Source of the DNA: Pseudomonadota bacterium
Lineage (GTDB): Bacteria > Pseudomonadota > Gammaproteobacteria > Acidiferrobacterales > Acidiferrobacteraceae
Length of the DNA: 64,000 nt
Direction: 5' to 3'
Assembly (NCBI GenBank): GCA_021819245.1
Contig: JAKARI010000007.1
Location: forward strand, 5,525-69,524
Shown here: positions 20,278 to 28,352 of the stretch, one piece after another
How positions within the stretch are numbered: the first letter of the stretch is position 1
How the letters are laid out: every line of letters starts with the position of its first letter
Position numbers and translations under genes: made by a program
The notes under the pieces: generated by a model
The model's input: the letters and a program-made list of their open reading frames with translations, nothing else
Told to the model about the DNA's origin: nothing
Databases searched by the model: none

Positions 20278-21288
20278 TCACCCCTTCTCGGCATGCCCGC
20301 CGAACTGATAGCGCATGGCAGAAAGCACCCGGTCTGCGAAATCCGCATGCCCGCGCGAGCCAAACCGCGCATACAAGGCCGCCGTGATCACCGGCGCCGG
20401 GACTCCCTCATCGACCGCCGCCTGCACCGTCCATCGCCCCTCTCCGGAGTCCGCCACCCGGCCTTCGAATCCCGAAAGATCAGGGCTCGCATGCAGGGCC
20501 GATGCGGTCAGATCGAGCAGCCACGAACTCACCACGCTGCCGCGCCGCCAGAGCTCCGCGACCTCGCCGATATTAAATTCATACTGGAAGTGTTCCGGGT
20601 CCCTCAACGGCGCGGTCTCGGCATCCTCGCCCTGCCCGGCAAGACCAATGCCGGCACCCTTGAGGATGTTAAGGCCCTCGGCATAGGCGGCCATGAGCCC
20701 GTATTCGATACCGTTATGAACCATCTTCACGAAATGGCCGGCGCCATGCCCCCCGCAGTGCAGATAGCCCTGTTCCGCGGACCCAAGGCCTGCGGCGCGG
20801 CCCGGCGTCGGCGGGGCGGCGGCCACCCCGGGCGCGAGCGCACGAAACAAGGGATCGAGCGCCGACATGGCCTGCTTCTCCCCGCCTATCATCAGGCAAT
20901 AGCCGCGCTCGCGGCCCCATACGCCGCCGCTCGTGCCGACATCGACGTACTGAAGGCCCTGGGCGGCAAGGGCGTGGGCGCGGCGGATATCATCCTGATA
21001 GAAGGAATTCCCGCCATCAATGATGGTATCACCGGGTGCCAGCAGCGCGGCGAGCTCCGTCAGCAGCCCATCGACGGTGGCCGCCGGTACCATGCACCAG
21101 AGGACGCGCGGGGCAGGAAGCATCGCCACAAGCTCGGCCAGCGTATAGGCGCCCTGCCCCCCGGCGACCTTGAAGGCGTCGACCGTGGCGCGCGCGCGGG
21201 CATGGCCCACCACCTCGTGCCCGCCATGCATCAGACGCTGCGCCATATTGGCCCCCATGCGCCCCAAACCGATCATGCCCATTCGCAT
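20278..21288 (-). CDS. gnd: 6-phosphogluconate dehydrogenase, decarboxylating (short Gnd-like form)
   Basis: Real start MRMGMIGLGRMGANMAQRL (Rossmann fold) at 21288; the track ORF extends to 21444. VDVGTSGGVWG motif. Confidence 0.82.
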   Translation of the reverse strand: MRMGMIGLGRMGANMAQRLMHGGHEVVGHARARATVDAFKVAGGQGAYTLAELVAMLPAPRVLWCMVPAATVDGLLTELAALLAPGDTIIDGGNSFYQDDIRRAHALAAQGLQYVDVGTSGGVWGRERGYCLMIGGEKQAMSALDPLFRALAPGVAAAPPTPGRAAGLGSAEQGYLHCGGHGAGHFVKMVHNGIEYGLMAAYAEGLNILKGAGIGLAGQGEDAETAPLRDPEHFQYEFNIGEVAELWRRGSVVSSWLLDLTASALHASPDLSGFEGRVADSGEGRWTVQAAVDEGVPAPVITAALYARFGSRGHADFADRVLSAMRYQFGGHAEKG

Positions 21289-21432
21289 ACATGGCCCCCA
21301 TAAATGCCGCCTCCGCGGCCTCAGGCAACCGCACCCGGCCCCACCACGGCACGCCCCGCCTCTTTCATGGGTTACTATTGGGGGCGCGTGCTCCCAATCA
21401 CAACCGTTGCCATTCACAGGGGCCTTGCGATC

Positions 21433-22470
21433 ATGCCAGATCATGACCTGCTGCTTATAGCCGACATCGGCGGGACCAAGACCGATCTGCTCGTCCTATC
21501 GGCCCGCGCCGGGCTTGCCAAGCCGCTTGCGCGCGCACGCCTCAAAAGCCCCGAGTATCCTGACCTCAAGAGTCTGCTTCAGGCGTTTCTGGCAAGCGCG
21601 CCGCTGCCGGTCCGGCACGCCTGCCTCGCCGTCGCAGGCCCGGTCATAGACGGCCACGCCCATCTCACCAACCTCCCCTGGGTGGTCGACGGCGCGGCGC
21701 TAGGCAGCGAACTTAAGCTTGCCTCGGTCGATGTCCTGAACGATCTTGCGGCCATCGCCCACGGCGTTCCCGGCCTTGCGGCCGCCGATCTCAAGACCCT
21801 CAACACGGGCCGCGCGGCCCCAGGCGCCGCCAAGGCCGTGCTCGCCCCCGGGACCGGCCTGGGGGAGGCGTTTCTCGTGTGGGATGGGGCGCGTTACCGG
21901 CCGCAGCCCTCGGAGGGCGGCCATGCCGATTTCGCGCCGCCCTCCGCAGCCCTCTGTGGCCTCATCCCCTACCTGCAGGGACGCTATGACCATGTCAGCT
22001 ACGAACTGGTATGCTCAGGGATCGGCATCCCCAACCTCTATGACTTCTTTCGTGACCAGGACCCCGCACGCGAGACCCCGGGGTGCGCCGAGAGGCTCAA
22101 GGCGAGCGCGGACCGCACCCCGGCAATCATCGAGGCGGCCCTGGACCGCGCGACGCCCTGCCCGATCGCCCGCGCGGCGGTCGATGCCTTTCTCACCATA
22201 CTCGCCGCCGAGGCCGCCAACCTGGCCTTAAAGGTCCTGGCCCTGGGCGGGATCTACATAGGGGGCGGCATCCCGCCGCGGCTCTTGCCGATCCTAGACG
22301 AGCGCGCCTTCATGAACACATTCTGCGCCAAGGGGCGTTTTGCCACGCTCCTCGCGCAGATCCCGGTGCATGTGGTGGTAAACCCCGACGCCACCTTGAT
22401 GGGCATCGCCGCCTACGGATGGGCGCGCATGCGCGGCGAGATCTCAGGGTGCGCCACCAGGGTCTCGTAG
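21433..22470 (+). CDS. glk: glucokinase (intact copy)
   Basis: Start MPDHDLLLIADIGGTKTDL at 21433 (track ORF starts at 21304). EGGH motif present (PSEGGHADF). C-terminal 58 bp overlaps the glgA-derived sequence. Confidence 0.85.
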   Translation: MPDHDLLLIADIGGTKTDLLVLSARAGLAKPLARARLKSPEYPDLKSLLQAFLASAPLPVRHACLAVAGPVIDGHAHLTNLPWVVDGAALGSELKLASVDVLNDLAAIAHGVPGLAAADLKTLNTGRAAPGAAKAVLAPGTGLGEAFLVWDGARYRPQPSEGGHADFAPPSAALCGLIPYLQGRYDHVSYELVCSGIGIPNLYDFFRDQDPARETPGCAERLKASADRTPAIIEAALDRATPCPIARAAVDAFLTILAAEAANLALKVLALGGIYIGGGIPPRLLPILDERAFMNTFCAKGRFATLLAQIPVHVVVNPDATLMGIAAYGWARMRGEISGCATRVS

Positions 22471-22661
22471 AGTGCGCCATAGCGCCGCGCGCTCGCCGCC
22501 CACGAGAAGTCCCGCTCCATGCCGGCGCGCATGATGCGCGTCCAGCACGTGCGGTCGCGGTAACTCGCAAGGGCCCGCACTAGGGCCTCCCAGAGGGCGG
22601 CGCCGGTGGCCTCGGCAAACAGAAAACCGCTCCCCTCGCAGGAGCCGGCATCGACACCGCG
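21833..22661. repeat. direct repeat copy 1 (829 bp): glk 3' part plus glgA 3' end
   Basis: Hand alignment: 21833-21910 equals 23495-23572 and 22040-22661 equals 23573-24194, with no mismatch seen. Track ORF pairs 22083-22583/23616-24116 and 22310-22570/23843-24103 have identical translations. Confidence 0.95.
22413..22661 (-). pseudogene. glgA 3' fragment (last ~83 codons, no start)
   Basis: Identical to 23946-24194 of the intact glgA. In the glgA frame, a TGA lies immediately upstream of the repeat boundary. Confidence 0.85.
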
Positions 22662-22706
22662 TCAGCACACGACCAACGGAGGCGCTTCAATACGGCCCCT
22701 CGGCCT

Positions 22707-23147
22707 CTACAACACAGCCTGTAGCAAGGCGTGTTGGGGTGAAGAGAATGGATTGACCACTGTGACTCCCGCCCATGTAAAACCTTCCTGGAGATCCTCG
22801 GACAACAACAGGCGGCACCCTGATCGCGAAGCCGCTGACAAGATCACGGCGTCCCATACGCCGAGATGGTGGTCAACCGCAAGATCGGCCGCCACCAGCA
22901 TCACGTCGAGCGAGGTCTCGATGGTGGGAAAGGCGTCGCGCCAGCTTGAAAGCGCATGGCGCGCATCGGCCCGGGACTTCCCGACCTTGCGGACAAGGAC
23001 ATTGAAGAGCTCACCTAGGACCTGAACCGGTATGACGGCTGCCCCCGGCGGAAGACGAGCAATAAGGGCCAGGGCGGCGTCTCGCCGCATAACCCCATTT
23101 ACCCCTTCCGCGTAGGCGAGCACATTCGTGTCGAGCGCAACTCTCAC
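22707..23147 (-). CDS. vapC: PIN-domain toxin (VapC family)
   Basis: 146 aa. Acidic PIN residues in MRVALDTNVL, VLGELF, GVWDAVI and LLSEDLQ. ATGA overlap with the upstream antitoxin. Confidence 0.85.
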   Translation of the reverse strand: MRVALDTNVLAYAEGVNGVMRRDAALALIARLPPGAAVIPVQVLGELFNVLVRKVGKSRADARHALSSWRDAFPTIETSLDVMLVAADLAVDHHLGVWDAVILSAASRSGCRLLLSEDLQEGFTWAGVTVVNPFSSPQHALLQAVL

Positions 23148-23389
23148 CGATCATCCTCGTAGAGTTCCTCGCGCGTCCACCGTCCCGCATCACTCAGCGG
23201 CTGCTGTTCCAGGCGCGACAATAAGGCGGCGCGCGCGCTCATCGCAACATCGTCGTTCCGGCTTATGGGAATGAGCCGCGCAACGGGCTTGCCGTGACTC
23301 GTTACGACATACTGACGACCCTCGCGAACGTCACGCAGAAGGGCAGAAAACTGGCGATTGGCATCAGCTGCTGAAATGAACTTGTCCAT
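23144..23389 (-). CDS. Phd/YefM-type antitoxin
   Basis: MDKFISAADANRQFSALLRDVREGRQYVVTSHGKPVARLIP is a typical Phd/YefM N-terminus. An alternative ATG at 23407 adds 6 aa. Stop overlaps the vapC start. Confidence 0.8.
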   Translation of the reverse strand: MDKFISAADANRQFSALLRDVREGRQYVVTSHGKPVARLIPISRNDDVAMSARAALLSRLEQQPLSDAGRWTREELYEDDR

Positions 23390-23407
23390 ATCCCAAGACC
23401 GCCGCAT

Positions 23408-23426
23408 AGTAGTGATATCACCTACT
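23408..23426. promoter_or_regulatory. imperfect palindrome, putative antitoxin operator/promoter
   Basis: AGTAG-TGATATCA-(C)-CTACT, including the perfect 10-bp palindrome GTGATATCAC (23412-23421). It lies in the AT-richest patch of the locus, directly upstream of the antitoxin. Confidence 0.4.
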
Positions 23427-23494
23427 ATACTATCCCCCTCACAAAGCGCAAGCGCGACACCCGCAAGCGCCCCCTATCGAAGCCCACTCGCGCG

Positions 23495-24003
23495 AGGCCG
23501 TGCTCGCCCCCGGGACCGGCCTGGGGGAGGCGTTTCTCGTGTGGGATGGGGCGCGTTACCGGCCGCAGCCCTATGACTTCTTTCGTGACCAGGACCCCGC
23601 ACGCGAGACCCCGGGGTGCGCCGAGAGGCTCAAGGCGAGCGCGGACCGCACCCCGGCAATCATCGAGGCGGCCCTGGACCGCGCGACGCCCTGCCCGATC
23701 GCCCGCGCGGCGGTCGATGCCTTTCTCACCATACTCGCCGCCGAGGCCGCCAACCTGGCCTTAAAGGTCCTGGCCCTGGGCGGGATCTACATAGGGGGCG
23801 GCATCCCGCCGCGGCTCTTGCCGATCCTAGACGAGCGCGCCTTCATGAACACATTCTGCGCCAAGGGGCGTTTTGCCACGCTCCTCGCGCAGATCCCGGT
23901 GCATGTGGTGGTAAACCCCGACGCCACCTTGATGGGCATCGCCGCCTACGGATGGGCGCGCATGCGCGGCGAGATCTCAGGGTGCGCCACCAGGGTCTCG
24001 TAG
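23495..24003 (+). pseudogene. glk 3' fragment with in-frame 129-bp internal deletion
   Basis: Track ORF 23500-24003 (MLAPGTGLGEAFLVWDGARYRPQP|YDFFRDQDP...). It lacks the N-terminal ATP-binding half and the EGGH segment. Confidence 0.85.
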
Positions 24004-24194
24004 AGTGCGCCATAGCGCCGCGCGCTCGCCGCCCACGAGAAGTCCCGCTCCATGCCGGCGCGCATGATGCGCGTCCAGCACGTGCGGTCGCGGTAACTCG
24101 CAAGGGCCCGCACTAGGGCCTCCCAGAGGGCGGCGCCGGTGGCCTCGGCAAACAGAAAACCGCTCCCCTCGCAGGAGCCGGCATCGACACCGCG
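23495..24194. repeat. direct repeat copy 2 (700 bp) = copy 1 minus 129 bp
   Basis: See copy 1. It lacks the equivalent of 21911-22039. The junction has 2-nt CT microhomology. Confidence 0.95.
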
Positions 24195-25415
24195 GATGGT
24201 GTCGGCCAGTCCGCCGGTGGCGCGCGCAAGCGGCGGGGTGCCGTAGCGCTGGCTATACATCTGGTTGAGGCCGCACGGCTCGAAGCGCGACGGCATCAAA
24301 AAGATATCGGCGCCGGCCTCGATCTCGTGGGCGAGCCCCTCGTCGAATCCGACGCGCACCGCAATCGCCCCGCGATGGCGCCCGGCGAGCGCGCGCAGGG
24401 CGTCCTCGAGCGGGCGTTCCCCGGTGCCGAGCACGACGAGTTGGGCGCCCATCCCCGCCAACCGGTCGCCGACTTCGGCCACGAGATCTATGCCCTTTTG
24501 CCACGTGAGCCGCCCGACCATGCCAAAGAGCGGCCGTGTCGGATCGATGGTGAGATCGAAGCGCCGCTGCACGGCCTCCTTGTTGACACGCTTGCCAGTC
24601 AGGCTGTCGCGGTCGTAGCGGGCCGGAATCAGGGGGTCCGTGGCCGGGTCCCAGACACGGTCATCGATACCGTTGACGATCCCCACGAGGTGATCGCGGC
24701 GCCGCGCAAGCAGGCCGTGCAGGCCGCAGCCCTGGGCCTCATCCTGAATCTCGCGCGCATAGGTCGGGCTGACCGTAGTCAAGGCGTCCGCATAGTGCAG
24801 CCCGGCCTTCAAAAACGACAGCCGGCCATAGAACTCCGCGCCCTCCACACCGTAGACCCCCGGCGGCAGGCGCAGGGCCTCTACCGTCTCCGGCGCAAAC
24901 AGTCCCTGAAAGGCCAGATTGTGAATGGTCATGATCGACGGCGCCGGCCCGGGCAGGCCGTTTTTGAGCCACAGCGGCCCAAGACCCGCCTGCCAGTCGT
25001 GTCCATGAAAGAGATCCGGGCGCCACAAAAGCGGGGTCTCGTCACTCGCGAGTGTCGCGGCGATGCGGGCAAAGAGGCCGAAGCGCTGGGCGTTGTCCGG
25101 CCAATCGCGGCCCTCGCTGTCCTGATAGGGTCCGCCGTCGCGTCCAAAGAGCCATGGGGCATCGATGAGGTAGGTGGCGATCCCTGACGGCAAGGTCGCC
25201 TCGCGCACGAGCGCGCCCAGCACTGTAGCGCACGCCGGGGCCTCACCCACCTCCCGGCGGATGGACCGGTAGAAGGGCAGGCACACCCGCACATCGAGCC
25301 CCAGGGCGGCAAGGGACGGCGGCAGGGCCGCGACGACATCCGCAAGACCCCCGGTCTTGACCCATGGGGCGCACTCCGAGGCCACAAACAGCACCCGCAG
25401 CGGCCGACCCGCCAT
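23946..25415 (-). CDS. glgA: glycogen synthase (ADP-glucose type, GT5), intact copy
   Basis: Start MAGRPLRVLFVASECAPWVKTGGLADV at 25415 (track ORF extends to 25463). KTGGLADV signature. Confidence 0.9.
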   Translation of the reverse strand: MAGRPLRVLFVASECAPWVKTGGLADVVAALPPSLAALGLDVRVCLPFYRSIRREVGEAPACATVLGALVREATLPSGIATYLIDAPWLFGRDGGPYQDSEGRDWPDNAQRFGLFARIAATLASDETPLLWRPDLFHGHDWQAGLGPLWLKNGLPGPAPSIMTIHNLAFQGLFAPETVEALRLPPGVYGVEGAEFYGRLSFLKAGLHYADALTTVSPTYAREIQDEAQGCGLHGLLARRRDHLVGIVNGIDDRVWDPATDPLIPARYDRDSLTGKRVNKEAVQRRFDLTIDPTRPLFGMVGRLTWQKGIDLVAEVGDRLAGMGAQLVVLGTGERPLEDALRALAGRHRGAIAVRVGFDEGLAHEIEAGADIFLMPSRFEPCGLNQMYSQRYGTPPLARATGGLADTIRGVDAGSCEGSGFLFAEATGAALWEALVRALASYRDRTCWTRIMRAGMERDFSWAASARRYGALYETLVAHPEISPRMRAHP

Positions 25416-25505
25416 CAGCGCACCGCGCCCGCCGCCACCGACCCGGCGACCGCCCGCCCGCAAGGGTCCAGGCGCGGCATGGGGGGGGTGATGCGCGCCG
25501 CCATC

Positions 25506-26015
25506 CTAATGAAATGCCCCGCCGATCGCCATCCGCTGGCCCGCGGCCAGGGACTTCAGATAACTCACGAGATCGACCATGGTAGCCCCCGGGTAGGCCG
25601 GCGGACGCCCCTTGATGCCATCAATGACGCAGTGGCGGATCTGGTCTTCAAGGGTCACGATCCGATGGGATTTGGCGCTGTAGCGGGGAAACACGGCGGC
25701 GGCATTGCGCAGGCTCGGGATCCGCCGGCCATCGGCGAGCCGTCCGCGCGTCAGACCGCCATGCCCATGGCAGACGTCACAGGTCATGAATCGCGTCTGC
25801 GCATGGCCGCCATCCATGTCCGCGAATGCCTGGGCGGCATCGCTCACGGGATGGACACGGCTGCCGAAACTGTCGTGATGAAAAATGTGCGCCCCGCGCG
25901 AGATGGCCTGGGCCAGGACCGGCGGCACGGCCGCATGGCCAACCCCGGCCCAGGCCATGGCCACACCCGCCACCGCCGCACGCGCACGCCGCGCGATGTC
26001 TAAACCGCCGCCCAT
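25506..26015 (-). CDS. c-type cytochrome (single CXXCH), possibly SoxA-like
   Basis: 169 aa with a signal-like N-terminus (RRARAAVAGVAMAWAGVGHA) and the haem motif CDVCH. The C-terminal TLEDQIRHC...LVSYLKSLAAG resembles SoxA-type domains. The subfamily is not secure. Confidence 0.6.
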   Translation of the reverse strand: MGGGLDIARRARAAVAGVAMAWAGVGHAAVPPVLAQAISRGAHIFHHDSFGSRVHPVSDAAQAFADMDGGHAQTRFMTCDVCHGHGGLTRGRLADGRRIPSLRNAAAVFPRYSAKSHRIVTLEDQIRHCVIDGIKGRPPAYPGATMVDLVSYLKSLAAGQRMAIGGAFH

Positions 26016-26179
26016 ATCCCCTCCTTACGTCGCGAGGATCGGGGCCTTAGGCCTTGGCCCCGCGCCTGATGTGCCCCGCGAGCGGCCGCCACGATCACCG
26101 CGCCGCCCGGCGCCCGATGGCACAAGGCCGCGCCGCACCCGCCGCCCCTTGCGGTGGGGTGCCGCCCCGAGGATCGTCC

Positions 26180-26869
26180 TTACCTGCGGCGCCCCCCCTG
26201 CAAGGCCCCGAGGATCTCGAGCAGCGCCATGAACAGGTTGAGGACATCGAGATAGAGGCCTACGGCGATGATCACCGGGCGGGTCTCGCCGCCATTGACC
26301 ATGCGGCTCGTATCAAACAACACAAGCCCCGAAAAGACGATCAGCGCCATGCCGGCAATGACCAGCTGCAGGCCGGCCAGATGAAAGAACAGATTGGCGA
26401 GCGACGCCAGGACCACGATCACAAGCCCGGTCATGAGGAAACCGCCCATAAAGCTGAAATTGCGGCGCGACACGAGCGCATAGATCGACAGGCTGCCAAA
26501 TATGACTGCGGTCCCAAGCAGCGCCTCGGCGACGATGGCCGGGCCCGCGGGGGTTTGCAGATACATCGCGATCACGGGACCGAGCGACAGCCCCATGAGA
26601 CCGGTGAAGAGAAAGACCAAGGGGACCGCCATGGGGCTATTGCGGCCCCCGGTCCACTGCACGGCAAAGAGGCTTATGAAGGCCGCGATCATGATCATGA
26701 TCGGGTGCTGATAGGCAAACGCCATCCGCATGCCGATGACCGCCGTGAACGTGCTAAAGAGCAGGGTCGCGGCGAGCAAGAGATAGGTCTTGTGAAGGAC
26801 CGTAGCGATCGGATAAGCGCCCTGATAACCCCCCGACGGCGCATCCGGAAACAGATTGGAACCGGCCAT
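26180..26869 (-). CDS. Bax inhibitor-1/YccA family membrane protein
   Basis: 229 aa with about 7 TM segments. N-terminus ...VLHKTYLLLAATLLFS and a basic C-terminal tail, typical of the family. Confidence 0.8.
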   Translation of the reverse strand: MAGSNLFPDAPSGGYQGAYPIATVLHKTYLLLAATLLFSTFTAVIGMRMAFAYQHPIMIMIAAFISLFAVQWTGGRNSPMAVPLVFLFTGLMGLSLGPVIAMYLQTPAGPAIVAEALLGTAVIFGSLSIYALVSRRNFSFMGGFLMTGLVIVVLASLANLFFHLAGLQLVIAGMALIVFSGLVLFDTSRMVNGGETRPVIIAVGLYLDVLNLFMALLEILGALQGGRRR

Positions 26870-26955
26870 TCTGGCCCTCCTTACGTAGATAACGGCGTAT
26901 TTATAGACAAAACATTGGGATCACGGGCCCTCAGCATAACATACCTAGGCCCCGA

Positions 26956-27129
26956 TCAGCCAAAGCGCTCCACGGCATGCAGTACCATCGCGATCAGCAC
27001 CCCGATGAGTCCGACCCAGAAAAACACCCACACCAGGGCAAACAGGATGTGCATGACCACCACGACCGCCCAGAGCACCAGCAGGACGACACCTATGGTC
27101 ATAAAGAGGTGTTTCAGATTCCGTGCCAC
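26956..27129 (-). CDS. small hydrophobic membrane protein (57 aa, GTG start)
   Basis: Not in the ORF track. My translation: (V)ARNLKHLFMTIGVVLLVLWAVVVVMHILFALVWVFFWVGLIGVLIAMVLHAVERFG*. GGAGGG sits 6 nt upstream of the GTG. G/C predominates at third positions by eye. Two predicted TM helices. An internal ATG at 27102 gives 48 aa. Confidence 0.5.
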   Translation of the reverse strand: MARNLKHLFMTIGVVLLVLWAVVVVMHILFALVWVFFWVGLIGVLIAMVLHAVERFG

Positions 27130-27275
27130 GCACCACCCTCCGGTCGGCCACCTGATCGGTTATATGGGGACGATTCGGGGCGCGTCAAGGGCGCGGACCC
27201 GCCGGTCCCGTGAGGCCGGACCGCCGCGGGCCGATACCTGCCCTAAGGGACCGCCATCTTTGGTAGACTGTCGCC

Positions 27276-28352
27276 ATGCACCGCGATCCCTCCCCCCCGA
27301 TGCCGGCGGCGATCCCGGCAGACGACCTGACGGCGATTCTCAAGGCCATCGCGCGCGGGCCCGACCACGCGACGGACTTAAGCCGCGAAACCGCCCATGC
27401 CCTCTTTGCCGCCTGGCTGGCCGGCGGCCTGCCGCCGGTCGTGCAGGGGGCCTTGTGGACAGCCTTGCGCCTCAAGGGTGAATCGACCGATGAACTGCTG
27501 GGCTTCGTGGCCGCCACCGAAGAGACCCTCGCGCCGGTTGCGGTCCCATCCCGCCTGCGGCCCGTGGTCTTCGCGGCCTACAACGGCGCGCGCCATCACG
27601 CCAATCTCCTGCCCCTCCTGGCCCTGCTGCTGTCCCGCGAGGGGGTACCGGTCCTGATCCACGGGGCCTATGGGGGGCCTGCCGCCGGCGCCGACTGGCC
27701 GGACCCGGCCCCCAACCCGGCGCGCCGCATCACAACCGGTGAGATCCTGGCGGCCTTGGGCCTGCCCCCGGTCGCAAACCGCGAGGCCGTGCCCGACCAT
27801 ATCGCCCGTCACCATCTGGCCTACATCCCGATCGATATCCTCCACCCGAGGCTTGCCGCCGTCTTGTCCTTGCATCACACGCTGGGCGTGCGCTCGAGCG
27901 TGCATAACGTGATCAAGCTCTTTAACCCCTGCACGCGCCCCGCTGTGCTGTGCGCCGCCGTAAGCCACCCCCCCTACCTCGCGCGCCTGGGCGCGTTCTT
28001 CATGGCCACGGGGACCACCGCCCTGATCCTGCGCGGAACGGAGGGCGAGCCCGTGGCCCACCCCAAGCGGCGCCCGGCCCTGATCGGTGTCGAAAACGGA
28101 CACCAACACGAGTGGTTCGCCGAAGACCGCGCCCCGCTGGCCGAGGTCCCGGATCTCCCTTCGGATCGCAGCGCGGGACAGACCGCGCGGTTCATCGAGG
28201 AGGTGCTCGCCGGGCGGCGGCGGGCACCGCGCGCGATTTCCGATCAGGCCGCATGCCTTCTGGTCATGAGCGGCGCGGCACCCGACCTCGCCACGGCCTG
28301 CGCGCGCCTGGGTGTCTCGCACGACCCGGCGAAACCGCAGCCGGGGCCATGA
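27276..28352 (+). CDS. ybiB: TrpD2/YbiB-family protein (glycosyl transferase family 3 fold)
   Basis: 358 aa. ILKAIARGPDHATDLSRETAHALF...ALWTALRLKGESTDELLGF parallels E. coli YbiB and the anthranilate phosphoribosyltransferase N-terminus. Confidence 0.7.
   Translation: MHRDPSPPMPAAIPADDLTAILKAIARGPDHATDLSRETAHALFAAWLAGGLPPVVQGALWTALRLKGESTDELLGFVAATEETLAPVAVPSRLRPVVFAAYNGARHHANLLPLLALLLSREGVPVLIHGAYGGPAAGADWPDPAPNPARRITTGEILAALGLPPVANREAVPDHIARHHLAYIPIDILHPRLAAVLSLHHTLGVRSSVHNVIKLFNPCTRPAVLCAAVSHPPYLARLGAFFMATGTTALILRGTEGEPVAHPKRRPALIGVENGHQHEWFAEDRAPLAEVPDLPSDRSAGQTARFIEEVLAGRRRAPRAISDQAACLLVMSGAAPDLATACARLGVSHDPAKPQPGP

Larger units (their letters stand above)
22662..23494. other. 833-bp lower-GC insert carrying a type II toxin-antitoxin pair
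   Basis: Unique sequence between the two repeat copies. Two hand-counted ~100-nt samples gave about 58% and 49% GC, against 71% for a flank sample (24001-24100). No transposase, integrase or terminal inverted repeats. Confidence 0.8.

Noticed and set aside
22662-23494. Considered whether the TA insert is an integron cassette, an IS or a MITE.
   Set aside because: No attC-like GTTRRRY core pair, no terminal inverted repeats, no short target-site duplication and no recombinase gene. The flanking repeats are 700-829 bp of host sequence, which points to homologous recombination or duplication instead.
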